Below the pieces are notes generated by a model. The model was not told where the DNA came from. It searched no databases and saw only the letters and a program-made list of their open reading frames with translations. This document shows, one piece after another, positions 39,135-51,840 of a stretch of DNA of 60,018 bases. Within the stretch, counting starts at the first letter, position 1. The number at the start of each line of letters is the position of its first letter. Origin of the DNA: Octopus bimaculoides (Eukaryota); contig NC_068988.1 of NCBI RefSeq assembly GCF_001194135.2, positions 51,548,065 to 51,608,082 on the forward strand. The letters are read 5' to 3'. The position numbers were made by a program, and so were the translations under genes.

Positions 39135-40260
39135 CAGGCAGGAGCTTACTAAGGCTCAGTTCTCAGCCCCCTCCTGTTTATCTTAGTCCTTCAGATTTTA
39201 ACAGGGGAATTCAAGACCAGCCATCCCTGGTAGCACCTCTACACTGATGACCTTGTTCTTATAGCTGAATCACTACCTGACCTAGAGAAGAAATATCAGG
39301 TGTGAAAACAAGGTCAGGAATCTAAGGGCTTTACAGTTAATTTAGCGAAAACCAAAGTTCTAGTAAGTAGGAAAACAAACAAATCACATAAGAGGTGTAT
39401 CACAGGAAGGTTAACAGAGAATATAGTCTTTGTGTGTGGTAAATGTGCTGGTACAATAAGCCCTAAAAATGCACAAGCAATAGGCTCCCTCAAATGCTCA
39501 GGGGGATATCATTATATGCAGTTCATATCTTTTGTTGCATAGGAGACCAAGTTAGCAGTGGTGGAAGAAGTTCTGAAGGTGTAGTTGCTAAGATAAGAAT
39601 AGGCTGGGCAAAGTTCATAGAGCTTCTACCTTTGTTGGTAAATGAGGGCCTCTCCCTCAGAGTGAAAGGCAGATTGTATGATGCCTGTGTACGTACAGCT
39701 ATGTTACATGGCAATGAAACATGGGCTTTGACTACAGAGGGCTTGAAAGAAATGAAGCTAGCATGCTCCACTGGATGGGTAATGTCAGTGTGCAAATGAT
39801 TTAAGAGGAAAACTGGGTATAAGAAGCATCAGATGTTGTGTGCAAGAGAGAAGACTGTTTGGTCATGTGATGCATATAGATGAAGACAGCTGCATAAAGT
39901 GCCAAGCCCTAATTGTGGAGAGTACCTGTGGAAGGGATAAGCCCAGGAAGACATGGGACGAAGTGGTGAGAAAGGATCTTCGGATGCCGAGCTTCACTGA
40001 AGAAATGACAAGGGACCAGATGTGGCAATTTGCTGTACATGGTAAAATGTATCAAGCTAAGTAAAATCGCTGTCTTCTACACATACAAGATTGTCCTTTC
40101 AGGTGCCAGTGCCACATAAAAGGCACCTGTGCCAGTGCTGCATAAATGCACCCATGCCGTTGATGCATAAAAGGCATCCAGCATACTCTGTTAAGTGATT
40201 GGCATTAGTGATGCATTTGGTCAGTATCAACCTGCTATAAAATGTTCCTCTGAAGAACCA
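39135..40260 (+). mobile_element. 5'-truncated RTE-clade LINE (RT core to 3' UTR)
   Basis: GSVLSPLLFIL, LYTDDLVLIAES, VNLAKTKVLV, SLRVKGRLYDACVRTAMLHGNETW, FGHV and RDKPRKTWDEVV in order, with stops and frameshifts. Confidence 0.85.
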
Positions 40261-40678
40261 TTGTGGATTTGCATCTAAATGCATTATGAACACCCACTGC
40301 AGAGAATGCAAATAGACACAATAGTAAAATGTGCATAGGGAACAAATGGTATAATCTGTTCCTTATACTTTTTCCTATAGATATCATCATCAACATTTAA
40401 CATCCATAATGTGTGTATTTGAATGTGAACAACTTCCTGTGAACTTCCTAAGATACAATCCAAATATATTAACAGAAGGTATTATTTTTCTTTATTTTAT
40501 ATACACACGATCAAATATTTTTATTTATTCAACTGTATCTATACACATGCATCAAATCAAATGCTGTTTTTGCTTCCAGAATATTTTTTTTTAATAGATT
40601 CCAATTTCATTATCCGTTGTTATAATTTCAGTTATAATGATGGATAGTGAAATTGGAATCTATTAAAAAAAAAAAAAA

Positions 40679-40917
40679 TTCCGGAATGGCACATAAAAAA
40701 CACCTTTTTGAGCGTGGCCATTGCCAGTACCATGTGACTGGCCCTCGTGCCAGTGGCACGTAAAAGCACCCACTACACTCTTGGAGTGGTTGGTGTTAGG
40801 AAGGGCATCCAGCTGTAGAAACTCTGCCAGATCAGATTGGAGCCTGGTGCAGCCTTCTGTCAAATCATCCAACCCATGCTAGCATGGAAAGCAGACGTTA
40901 AACGATGATGATGATGA
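40679..40917 (+). mobile_element. family 3 repeat, 5'-truncated, with 21-bp TSD
   Basis: Family 3 body and GAT tail, flanked by TGTTATAATTTCAGYTATAAT at 40618-40638 and 40918-40938. Confidence 0.85.
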
Positions 40918-41849
40918 TGTTATAATTTCAGCTATAATCTCAACCTGGGACTTTATTAGAAGATACTTGCCCCAGAGCTGTGAAATGAAACTGAGGCTGG
41001 GACCATGTGGTTGCAAACTTCTTCACCACAGAGCCATTATATACTACAGTATACATTAACAAATAAGAGGTCCTTTTAACCATACAAAGAAAATCACTCC
41101 CAAAATAGGGAAAGGGGTAATCTTATACACCAGGTATGAAATAGGAACCATAAACTCATCAGGATACAGAAAGCTGTTAGAATGGATGGATGTTGATGGC
41201 AGGCTAACCCCCTGCTATGGTAGGTACTAAAACATCTTACTTGCCCAATTGTCATTTGTTTTGGGGTTCAGTCCTACTGCACAGCACCCTGACCAAGTGT
41301 CTTCAACTGTAGCCCTAGCCAGACAAAAGCCTTGTGAGTGAATTTGGTAGATGGAAACTGAATGAAACCTGTCAATGTGTATGTATCTATGTTTTGAGGT
41401 TCCATGATGGTTGTAAACAAACATCATTTATTTCCAGTCTCTGGTACGCATGACTGGACATGTGAAACTATTACATTGCTTGCAAACAGGTGAAGGTTGG
41501 TGACAGGAAGGGCATCCAGCTGTAGAAAATATAACTCAAATTCTGTCTGACCCATGCAAGCATCAAAAAGTGGATGTTAAAATCATGATGGACACAGCAT
41601 ATTATTCTACTGGTTTCAACCATTGGACTGTGGCCATACTGGGGCACTAATTTCAAAGGTTTTTAATTGACTATATCAACTCCTGTACTTTTCCTGGAAC
41701 TGAACTGGTGTAATAGCTAGAAAGTAGACAAAATGCCTTGTGTATTTAGTTACATCCCTTTACATTCTGAGTTCAAATTCTGATGAAATCAACATCACCT
41801 CTCCTCCATTTTCTCAGATAGTTTGTTGCTTTTCTTGCTTATTCAAAAC

Positions 41850-42400
41850 CTTTTCATCTCTCTACTGCTTCCTTTCCTATTCAGTGTACCATGTCACTTA
41901 TGTAATGAAAGAAAATAGATCTACACATATGCCATCTCCCTACTATCTTTCATGTCTCTCTATCTTCACAATGCTTGACTAATGAAAAACTACATGAGAT
42001 CTATTACTATCTAATGCACCTCATTTACCATCACTGACTGCTAGCCATCACTCTCTTACAATTGTTTGTCATCACAATCATTCTCCACTTGCTATCTCAC
42101 CAGCTACCATTACTCTCTATATTCCCAGTCCCCATCTATTCCCCTCCAGGTGATGTGATAATGACATTAATCACTCTCTTACCACCAACAATTTCTACAG
42201 AGTCACTCATCTTCTCTCTCACCAGTAAATATGTAACCTGTTTCAAGTCTGTCCCATCAACCTCTGCTGTTATTGTCTCTCTTATTAGTCCCTGCCTTTG
42301 TATCTTCTTTACCATTACTTCTTACAACAGTCTCTCCATTCATAGTCTTCTTCCTCATATACTCTGATTTCTTTGTCCCTCTTAAATAACTGGCCTTCAA
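41850..42400 (-). mobile_element. highly degraded RTE-like RT C-terminal remnant
   Basis: Minus-strand KSEYM and AEVDGTDLKQVTY resemble the RTE KTEYM / LxQVxxFKYLG region. Weak. Confidence 0.35.
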
Positions 42401-43284
42401 CCTTCAACAATTGGTCTCCCTTCTAATGGTCTGGTTGCCAATGCCCTGAACGTATAGAGATTAACTAAGAGTGGTAAAGTTTCTTATTTTGCAGGGTACA
42501 TAGCAACCTCACTAGTGCTGGTGCTATGGTAAAATACATCCAGTACACTCTGCAAAGTAATCAACAAATGAGCAGATACAACAAAATGGTCAGAGGAATG
42601 AACTATTCATCTTATCTTGTTGAGATAACTCCTTTAGTGCCATGATAAAATGCATCTTGAACACTTTGTAAGTGGTTGATGTTATGAAGGGCAGACAACC
42701 ATAGAAACTCTCAAAACAAGACATGATATTCTGACTGCTGAGGAATACAGTAATTGCAAGTGGGAACCATCTCAGATCTTGGCAACCTGTTCAACCCATG
42801 CCATGAAGGAAAGCTAATGTAAAAATATATAATCTATGCATGCACATACATCAAATTTTAAATGATAGCATGGTTATGGCTGGAATTTATAAACCTTCTT
42901 GATCAAAGGCTAAACAACAAAATTACTCTGCTCTACTCTCAAACTCTTTTTTCCTTTTTCATTTATATAACCTGAGTATTGCCTTTTATCATACAAAACT
43001 ATTTCATGAATATAAATGCAATTGCCCATTGTTATTTAAGTCAGAGATTATGGTTTTTATCATGATACACTATTATAAATAAGTGAGATAGAGGGAAACA
43101 AACAACTAATTGAATTCAACACTATAAGCTCACACAAAACATCAAAAGAAGCCCTGAAAGATCATTTCACCTACTAGAAATTTCTCTGTCTCTAATTAAT
43201 CTCAACAATCAACCTCCCTTCTACACTGTTCTGTTAGTCTACTTGCCCTAATCAAATAAATGAGGCATTTGGTTTAATAGGTTC

Positions 43285-43475
43285 TCTATCTGTTTGACCT
43301 GCTTGATATAGCAGTCTTATCTCTATCAAATCACACCCCGGCACTTTAAAAACAACAAATGACATTGGATAATGTAGTCTTAGATACATTAAGCATGGAG
43401 AGAAAGATGAAATGTGGTGCCTTTGATCATAAATCTGCTCAATGAAAGTTCAGGGTTGGCCTAAGGCTAAATAAA
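43285..43475 (+). mobile_element. family 5 interspersed repeat (representative copy; fragments also near 270, 1560, 2700, 7320, 12640, 16150, 17450, 28130, 35220, 35510, 38200, 46990, 53040, 58650)
   Basis: Recurrent motif GACCTGCTAGAAATAGCAGCCAAATCTCCCTCAAATCACACC...GGATAATGTAGTCCTAGATAC...GATCATAGGTCTGCT; class undetermined. Confidence 0.6.
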
Positions 43476-43499
43476 ACCAGAGATTTTGAGGCTTAACAT

Positions 43500-44170
43500 T
43501 TGTCGTGACTTAGAGGGCTTTGTGTTATGAGAGAGAGACTGCTAAAAGACTGTTCACCTGATATGTGTAGTGAATGTGTGCTTATGCTGCTAAAGGAGTC
43601 TAGGCTGTCATGTTTTCATTGCATAGAATTGTCAAAGCCTCTGTTCATGGAATTCTGGCATGAAAATATTTAGGTTACATGTGTATGATACTTGTATGCA
43701 GAATGAAGAGTGTGAAAGATGTAACAAAACCTTAAGTTTCACCAAAATTAATAGAGTCCCATTGTTGTATGCTGTGATGAAATCTCCAGGCGTTACACAG
43801 TTTAGCAGTTCACATGCCAGACATAGTTGAAGAATTTTTTGAAGTCAAGAGTAACAATATTGAAAGCAATAGCTGCTGCAAGACATAGGAGAGCAGCTCT
43901 CGATAGATTTGGCTCTAAGAAAACTGCACTGGTGGTCACTGAGAAAGCAAACTCAAAATAATAAAAGAGCTGGCTGTCTGTAACTTAATACCATTAATTT
44001 GAGATAATACAAAAGAAAGTGATTGGACAGTAGTTAGCGACACCAGAGCAGTTGTCTGTCATAGGATTGGTGCATATTGTTGCATGATTAAAGAAGGTTT
44101 CCATTGAGAAAAATTGACTGAAGGGTTTGATGAGGAGAATAGATAAAGCCTGGAGTGTAATTCGTATTTT
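43500..44170 (-). mobile_element. degraded CR1/L2/Jockey-group LINE RT remnant
   Basis: Minus-strand NYCPIT..IIS (NYRPI-like), QCSFLRAKS (QxGFR-like) and IVTLDFKKFFNYVWHV (LDxxKAFDxVWH-like), in the correct order. Confidence 0.65.
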
Positions 44171-44848
44171 TTCTCTCTCTCTTAGAGTGTGGGAGAGAGA
44201 ATGTGTGCAAGCACACACAGAATTGCTCGATCAGGAGGAGTTAAGTGTTTTGATGTAAATGAGTGAAAGTATACAACAAGATCCATCGCACCTCTTAACA
44301 CAACATAATAATAATAAAAATAATATAGTACTTTTGAAAATATTTTTATAACTTCAATTTTAAACAAATTCTTCAATATATTCCTGATTCAGTGAGCAAC
44401 CAAACCATAAACAATTGATGATATACCAAATACTATTCTAGAAGAGATCAACCAATAAGTATTCTGTTAGTGTTACATCACAGAAAGACTAGCTGTAATT
44501 TAGAAATAATACTGATTTCTTTGATAAGAGAGAAGAAAAAAAAACAGCCACATGTATCTCTCCCCACAACATATTCATACTTGATGAAGATATATGGACA
44601 CATAAAAACAGTGATAAAAATGAATTTCAATATACAATTTTTAATTTTTTCTCATCCCTTCACAAACGATATACTTAAATTTGTTATAATAAATCCACCC
44701 AAAATGGGTTAACAACTTTTGCTCCCACTTTTTGTTCATTATTTATATTTTCTTTCTTTTTAATACTTGGTACTTTGCTTTCTCTCTTACAGTCCTGAGC
44801 CAACAAAAATATTTGTTTTCTTATTGGTCTCTCTTTCTCCAACGATTC

Positions 44849-44854
44849 TTTATT
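44849..44854 (-). promoter_or_regulatory. candidate polyadenylation signal of the EHD transcript
   Basis: AATAAA on the minus strand about 165 nt after the stop codon. The motif is common in AT-rich DNA and usage is unverified. Confidence 0.2.
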
Positions 44855-45019
44855 AAGACACTTTAACAACAGTTCAGAATGACATTGTCAACAAACACTC
44901 CACCTACACTTTCCCTGGACCTACGGCTCCTCCTCATTAAAGAACCCAGAGAGAGAGACTGGGGATGTGGGGGGGAGAAATAAGGAATAATTGCCCCAGT
45001 GTTAGAGCATATAAATTAA

Positions 45020-45715
45020 CTATCGTTTTGATGGTGGAATCAAATGCTCAGGCAAGTCTGCAGGAAGGTCATGACCCTGAAGTTTAATTTTCATTAAATG
45101 ATTAGCCAAGGCCCATTCATCAGCATCAAGCATACCATCTTTATCAACATCAGCCAGTTTCCAAACTTTACCCAAGACAGAGTTTGGTAACTTGGATTTC
45201 ACCATTTCTTTCTTGGCGTTGCTACCAGTGATTTTGCCATCAATAGGACTTAGAGTGTCAAATACTTTGTCATAGTCGCAACGCTCATTACTAACAACCC
45301 ATTCTAACTCCCCACGACCCTCATCAACTCCTTCGCCACAACCAAAACCAAATGGACTTTCACTGTAACCTTCAAATGCTCCCCCTTTGACAGTATTGCC
45401 TTCTGAGTTATTCAATTTAGCGAGGGTGTCTTCCAGAGGAATGATTCGCATCAGTTTAGCTATGTCTTCTGCTAACATATTGTCAACAGTTTCCAAAAGC
45501 TTTGGTTTCAAAGGATGAAATTTGTTGAAATCATGATGTTGTAGTTGGTCTTGCATTCTCTTGAGGTTTGGGAAGTCTCCAGGAGAAATCTGGTGCTCTC
45601 TCTGAATGTGCTCATAAATTGTTGATAGTCGGTTGATAAGTTCTTTCTTTTTAGAATCTTTCCCGAACATAGCTGGCATTTCCTTCTTAAGCTGGCTGAT
45701 TATATAAGCATGGAC
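45020..45715 (-). CDS. EHD1: EH domain-containing protein (EHD1/Past1-like), terminal coding exon: helical region, linker and C-terminal EH domain
   Basis: Acceptor ...TTACAG|GTC CAT at 45716/45715, phase 0. Translation VHAYIISQLKKEMPAMFGKDSKKKELI...VKGGAFEG...KSKLPNSVLGKVWKLADVDKDGMLDADEWALANHLMKIKLQGHDLPADLPEHLIPPSKR*, with TAG at 45022-45020. Unmistakable EHD-family C-terminus. The paralogue symbol is a best guess; invertebrates usually have one EHD/Past1. Confidence 0.96.
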   Translation of the reverse strand, partial: VHAYIISQLKKEMPAMFGKDSKKKELINRLSTIYEHIQREHQISPGDFPNLKRMQDQLQHHDFNKFHPLKPKLLETVDNMLAEDIAKLMRIIPLEDTLAKLNNSEGNTVKGGAFEGYSESPFGFGCGEGVDEGRGELEWVVSNERCDYDKVFDTLSPIDGKITGSNAKKEMVKSKLPNSVLGKVWKLADVDKDGMLDADEWALANHLMKIKLQGHDLPADLPEHLIPPSKR

Positions 45716-47224
45716 CTGTAAGAGAAATATTACACTGTTAGTTCATTTAAATAAATACTTTCTGATTACTCACAAAAATTAGATATTATAAACAAAGGAA
45801 TATGAATATTACTGCTACTTATGTTAGCTCCAACAAGATGACAGGTAACAGAGAGACTGAACTGTTAGACCCTGGAGTAAAACAATGTACACTAGCTTAT
45901 TTGTTAATGAAATCTATCATCAAGTATATCTTACTAATTTTTCAGTAAATAAATGCATCTTTCATCAAGAACGATTTGTCAAAGTCCTGTAGCTCAAGTT
46001 AGTCCTTTTACATATGATCTACCATCAACAATGTCATTGTGGAGAGTTAGTCAACCCTTATGTCACATCTTGTCATCAACAATGTCATAGACTTGTGTCC
46101 ACAGTTAGCAGTCATTGAGAAGACTCTTCAAAAATGTCAATATTTTGCATGCAAAATTAGTGTTAGGGTTACAAAAAATTGTGAGCATAAAAAGTTTATA
46201 GAACAAAAGCCAATGAGCCTTCAATCTGGTCAAGTCTTTGAACAGTATAGGGGACAGTTTTCATTAACTCCAAATGGCACATCATCTCATGATTAAATGT
46301 AAGGCAGTAGTTTTGAGAAACAATCAGTTGTTATTCTTAAGTTGAAGAAACACTGATATAAAATATATATGAAAAAAAAAAAAGAAACCAAGAAGTCAAA
46401 CTCCATAGCCATTGAAGAACACTCTAGAAAGGGAAAGAGGGGTGACAGTGAATTAATTCTGAATTGTTAAAGTTTAGAGGTTAGTGAGAAGTGGGTTGAC
46501 AGCTATAAAAAGAGCTGCTCTGTTTTCAGTTAGGAAGAAGTTAGAAATGTGCAAAGATGGAAGCTATGAATAAATCTTAGTGTAGAGTGGAGTCTGCCAT
46601 TTTGGTACAGCAAAGTCACTGTAGAAATGCCACCCAGAGTTAAATCAAGACAGCAATGATAAGTCATAATCTTTCCCCGTTTCAGCAACTTTAAACTGAA
46701 TGATTTTTTTTCTTTGCTTTGGATTAACTGAGCAAATTAATTGTGTCAGAAATCAGCATTATAATGAACACATGATCAGCTTAACAGAAAGATAAGACCA
46801 ATATAGAATAAACTGAAAATCTAACAACGGCACTTTTATATTTCAAACTTTGATAAGGATAACAAAAGAAAACACTGACTACAACAATTGAACTCCATAA
46901 ACTATGTCAAACTATAAAGGTAAAAAGAATTTATATAGTACTGTGTTTGATTTCATTTTATTTGAGCTAATAAGGTCAGCTTCTATACAGTTACTTAACC
47001 TACAAGAAATAGCGGTCAAATCTTCCTGAAATCATACCAATTGTCTTGAAAAGAAAATGGATGCATTGGATAGTCTTAGATACACTATAACCACCTAAAA
47101 AAAAATGACAGAAGGTCATGGCTGGAATACTGTTGATCATAGGTCTTCTAAGCCAAATCTGTTAAATTTCACAATTAAAAATTTCAAAATTACTTCATCT
47201 AAAATCCAACAAACACCATTTTTA

Positions 47225-47371
47225 GGTGCAGACATGGCTGTGTGATTAAGAAGCTCACTTAGCAACCAAGTAGTTTTGGGTTCAGTCCCATTGTACAGCA
47301 CCCTGAGCAAGTGTCTCGTCCCATGCCAGCCTATGCCTTGTGAATTTAGTAGACAGAAACTGTGAGGAAGC

Positions 47372-47412
<41 letters not shown>

Positions 47413-47578
47413 GTATTTGTTCCCCAACCACTGCTTGACAACTGGTGTTAGTTTGTTTACTTCCCCCACTAGAGTAAGTACTAGTCTTAAGTACTGGGGT
47501 TGATTCATTTGAACAAACCTTTCAAGGCAGTGTCCCAGCATGGCCACAGTTCAATGAGTGAAACAAGTAAAAAATAAA
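47225..47578 (+). mobile_element. SINE family 1, intronic
   Basis: Head, body, (TG)n and 3' tail as in other copies. Confidence 0.8.
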
Positions 47579-48119
47579 ACATAAGATCCTAAATATTTTA
47601 AATAAAATCTAAGTAGAAGTGTATTGTGTCCTTTAGCAGAGTATATAAAATCACTTAATTGTTTGTCTTGATCTAACAGAACAGGCGCAATCCTCTGATT
47701 ATGTTTCAATAGTTAGCAGTGAGTAAAGCATTCAATTCTATATTCTATTGCTCGGACAACATGCAAATTATTCAAATGCATATAATCCATCCAATTTATG
47801 TTAACAGGAAGAAATGAGTGTAAAACAGCACACATTAATAAAAACATTGCTATTCTATGTTCAGATTAAATTGCTATTAACTGCAACAGCATTCCTAATT
47901 AACAACCTCTCTAAATAATTTTCCTCTGCATTCTTTAGTGTTCATTATTTCTAGTTATAAATTAATTTATCTCTACAGTGATATATTAAGTTAGTTTATT
48001 TGGCTGACATTTTTCACTTGCAAAGTCTTCATATTTTAAGATACCCAGCCCTTTCATAAGACATACAACTGCAGTTATGAAAAGTCCTTGAAGAAGAGTA
48101 AAGTAGTGTAAGTAAATCC

Positions 48120-48365
48120 AACTTTGCCTTCCATCCTTTCGGGGTTGATAAAATAAAAACCAGTTGAGTACTGGGGTTGATGTAAATTGATTTACCTCCT
48201 CTCCCAAACTTGCTGGCCTTGTGTCAAAATTTGAAACCAACATTAATAAAAAGGTAGCAAGCTGAGTGAATCATTAGTAGGCCAGGCAAAATGCTTAGCA
48301 GCATTTTGTTCGTCTATGTTCTGAATTCAAATTCTGCTGAGGTCAACTTTATTTTTCATCCTTTC
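48120..48365 (+). mobile_element. SINE family 2 in permuted order (3' half then 5' half)
   Basis: Begins at the internal motif AACTTTGCCTTCCATCCTTTC, runs to the tail, restarts at the head near 48251 and ends at the same motif (48345-48365). Confidence 0.65.
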
Positions 48366-48956
48366 AAGATCCATAGTTTATGAAATGTCATGGCCAAACC
48401 AACAGTCATTTTGATAATTACAATTCCTTTGCCAATAACCTGCTGAACTTTCATCATGGGTAACATGAACTGCAGAGCCTCTTTTTGATTTTTCAATGCT
48501 TTTTGGCATTTCAATTTTCAAACATTCATGAGAAATCTTGCATACATGTTCTGAACTTGGTTTTGGTATCATTAGAAAGGCAAGGAGTCAAACATTTGTT
48601 TGATACTTGTTTCAAGGTCATTTAGTAAAATCTGACACCTGTTACTTTGATCAGAAGAGGGGAGTATAACTTAGGACCACACTTCTGTTTGGTAAATATT
48701 TGGGTGTACCTTGAAGGCTCTTTGTTCGTTTGTCTTCTTTCACACTTTCAACACTAACTCAAGAATCATCATTGTTTAACATCCGTTTTCCATGTTGACA
48801 TGGGTTCAACGATTTGACAGGAGCTATCCAGTGAAAATTTGAAGTTCATGGCTTTTGCAGTTTGAGAATTAAGCTAATTATTCCATGTACATTCTGACAA
48901 CGAAATGTTATTTTCAAAGAAAATGCTTGTATGTATCTGTAATTTGTAAATATATA

Positions 48957-49205
48957 GGAGCAGACATGGCTGTGTGGCAAGAAGTTTGCTTCTTAACCAC
49001 ATAGCTTTGAGTTGACAACTGGTGTTGATGTGTTCATATCCCTGTAACTTAGCAGTTCGGCAACAGAAATCAATACAAAAAGTACGAGGTTTAAAAAAAA
49101 AAGTACTCGAGTCAATTCATTCGACTAAAATTCTTCAAGGTGATGCCCCAGCATGACCACAATTTAATGACCGAAACAAGTAAATGATTGAAAAAAAGAT
49201 AAAAG
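48957..49205 (+). mobile_element. SINE family 1 with internal deletion
   Basis: Head GGAGCAGACATGGCTGTGTGGCAAGAAG joined directly to the 3' part (GACAACTGGTGTTG...GACCGAAACAAGTAA). Confidence 0.7.
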
Positions 49206-51095
49206 ATAATATGCCGATATTGCAAATGCTTCCAATGTATCTATCTATTGATACACACACATCAGTTTAAGACTAGTCCAAAGGCAGCCAGGAACAAGGA
49301 AATTGGCAATCCTGAGATAACCTGGTCGACTGCTTCTACTGTGATCAAGGTATCAGCTCCAGAGCACCACCATTCATAGGCATTTCTCTGCCTGACATCA
49401 ATCACTTTCTCAACATATCTTCTCATGAATCCAATGGTTGTTGCTATAAAATTGTGCAAGCAGGAACAGATTTACAAAGTGTATGAGTGGTGTCCAGTCA
49501 TTTACATTAAGCAAAGATTTTGCGGTCAGTTCAAAATCAATGCTTCACAGCTTCATTGTGATTGTCATTCACTCTCGCCCACAGACTGCCTCTGCCACAT
49601 TCGCCTAGATCTCCCAATTAGAGTTATTAGCAGTGTTGCTGCTGGACTCTAGATCTGCTGACTTGGGCTCATCCATCAAAGCTTCACTGTCACTATCAGA
49701 GTCAAAGTTCTAAACGACCTCACTGCCCATTTTGTCACCATACAACTCAGAAACCATAGCAACATCATGTGTTGGGATCCATTCATGGTAAAAATATTGC
49801 ATATTTGCTGAAATTGCAGAGGGGGATTGTAGTACACAGACAGCGAAACAGTGATGTAAACAATCTAAAGGATGCATGCCACATTCAACTGATCTGGGAA
49901 TCTGTCTTCATCTTTTGTCTGGGCCGCCTTTTCTCCAATCAAGCCAGATCTTTTAGAAAAAAAATATGGCGGTATTCTGTATCTTGTCCTTCGACAGGCC
50001 AACACTGTTGTTAGGTCAAAGTTTGCCCCTTGCACATGAAACATCAAATGCTACATGGAGCATTGAAAAAGGTCATTGACTGGACAGTATACTGGCCTTT
50101 CCCAGTTCATGGGTTAATGTTCTTATTTCTATCAGAGTCCAGCGAATCACTTAGCTTCCTGTACACTCCTGCTGTAATAAAGCTCTAGTTTTATCCAGAC
50201 TTGCCAGTAAAACATTTCAGATGCAAACACCATACATTGTTTCAGTTAATCAATCAGCCAGCAATAGCTTTTTATCATAGGCAGCTGTTTTGAATAGTTT
50301 CTGCCGTCACCTACACCAACTATCTACTTTTACAGGACTCTAGCAAACATCATTTTAGAGACTTATTATCTAATTCCAACATACTAGAATACATTATCAA
50401 TAAAGAATTTAAATTATGTAGAGAAAAAAAAACAACAACATAAATAACAAGGTGGTAAGGTATATCCCATCAGGTAGACAGAATTTTCTTTATCATTTAT
50501 TTTTTATAAATTATATTACAACTATTTCACTTATATGTAGGTGGGACAGCTCTGCAAATTAGAAAAAATACACATGAACTGTTGGAGTGTATCACTCACT
50601 GAATGCATTTCTTACCAGTGAAATGAGGGCAAGATTCATGTAGTACCATATTCATGTATACTCACTGCTTTCCCAGATTTCTAAACCTCAATATCAGGGA
50701 TGCACTCAAATACCACAAGGGTTGACTTGGCCCTTCAAACCTTTTAGGGCTAATAAAATAAGTACCAATTGAGTACTGAGGTCAATGTAAATACTGACCC
50801 CTGCCCCTGCCCTCAAATTGGTGGCCTTGTGCCAAAATTGGAAGCCAATATTAGGGGTGTACAGTTCACATGAGAACTAAATTTTAGTCAACTCCACTCC
50901 AGTGAAGTGTGCTGCCATATTTGGAATGGCAAGACCAGATGTGAATTAAAAATAGTTAAATCATTATAATAAAGTTACATTTCTCTATAATAGCAATAAT
51001 ATACTGTTTGGTGCAACTCACAACCATGGATACCATGAGATTGTTGCAATCAATCTTCCATACAGAAAGATTGAATGTAATACATTCATCATCAC

Positions 51096-51132
<37 letters not shown>

Positions 51133-51582
51133 AGTGCATATTCATTATTTGAACGTCAACATAAAATGAAATACTTAACTAAGAATGTAAATTTCATTAC
51201 TCCAAATCCTGCTTTAATGCAAAAATTAAATTGATAACGACAATATAGATGTATTATCCATATTGATTCTTTATGAAAATAAATATTCTTGTTTCTCAAA
51301 CACTATGGTTATTCTAATGAGCCATTACAGTATACATTTCTATTGAAAGAAAAGCATTCCATAATAAAAGTATTTAAATGGAAGAATTCAATAATGAAAG
51401 TGTTTACATTCTGTATAATGTTTTTTTAAAGCTTTCTATACTGAAGATAGAAAGTTAACAATTCCACACGTTTGTCAATAAAGTTAAAATGTTATATTAA
51501 CCAACAGAGTTCATGAGTCATTTCCAAATTTGCCTTTGGTTTTCATGAAGATGGTTGAACTTTTGTAATGTATTCTAGACAA

Positions 51583-51840
51583 CATCATCATCATCATTTA
51601 ACGTCTGCTTTCCATGCTGGCATGGGTTGGACGGTTTGACTGGGGACTAGTGAGCCAGATGGCTGCACCAGGCTCCAATCTGATCTGGCAGAGTTTCTAC
51701 AGCTGGATGCCCTTCCAAACGCCAACCACTTCGAGAGTGTAGTGGGTGCTTTTACGTGCCACCGGCACAAGAGCCAGTCAGGCGGTACTGGCAATGGCCA
51801 CACTCAAATAGCGCAGATGCCAGTCATGCGGTGCTGTCAT
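51583..51840 (-). mobile_element. family 3 repeat, intronic
   Basis: (CAT)n-TTAACGTCTGCTTTCCATGCTGGCATGGGTTGG...GCTGGATGCCCTTCC. Confidence 0.8.

Noticed and set aside
49260-50200. Relatively GC-rich intronic stretch with a tempting Cys/His-rich minus-strand translation (KIWLDWRKGG...ECGMHPLDCLHHCFAV) and faint plus-strand RT-like words
   Set aside because: I count 9 stops in about 230 codons in the best minus frame, close to random for this composition, and no motif set is convincing. Probably an old TE remnant; tBLASTn against Repbase/Dfam would decide.
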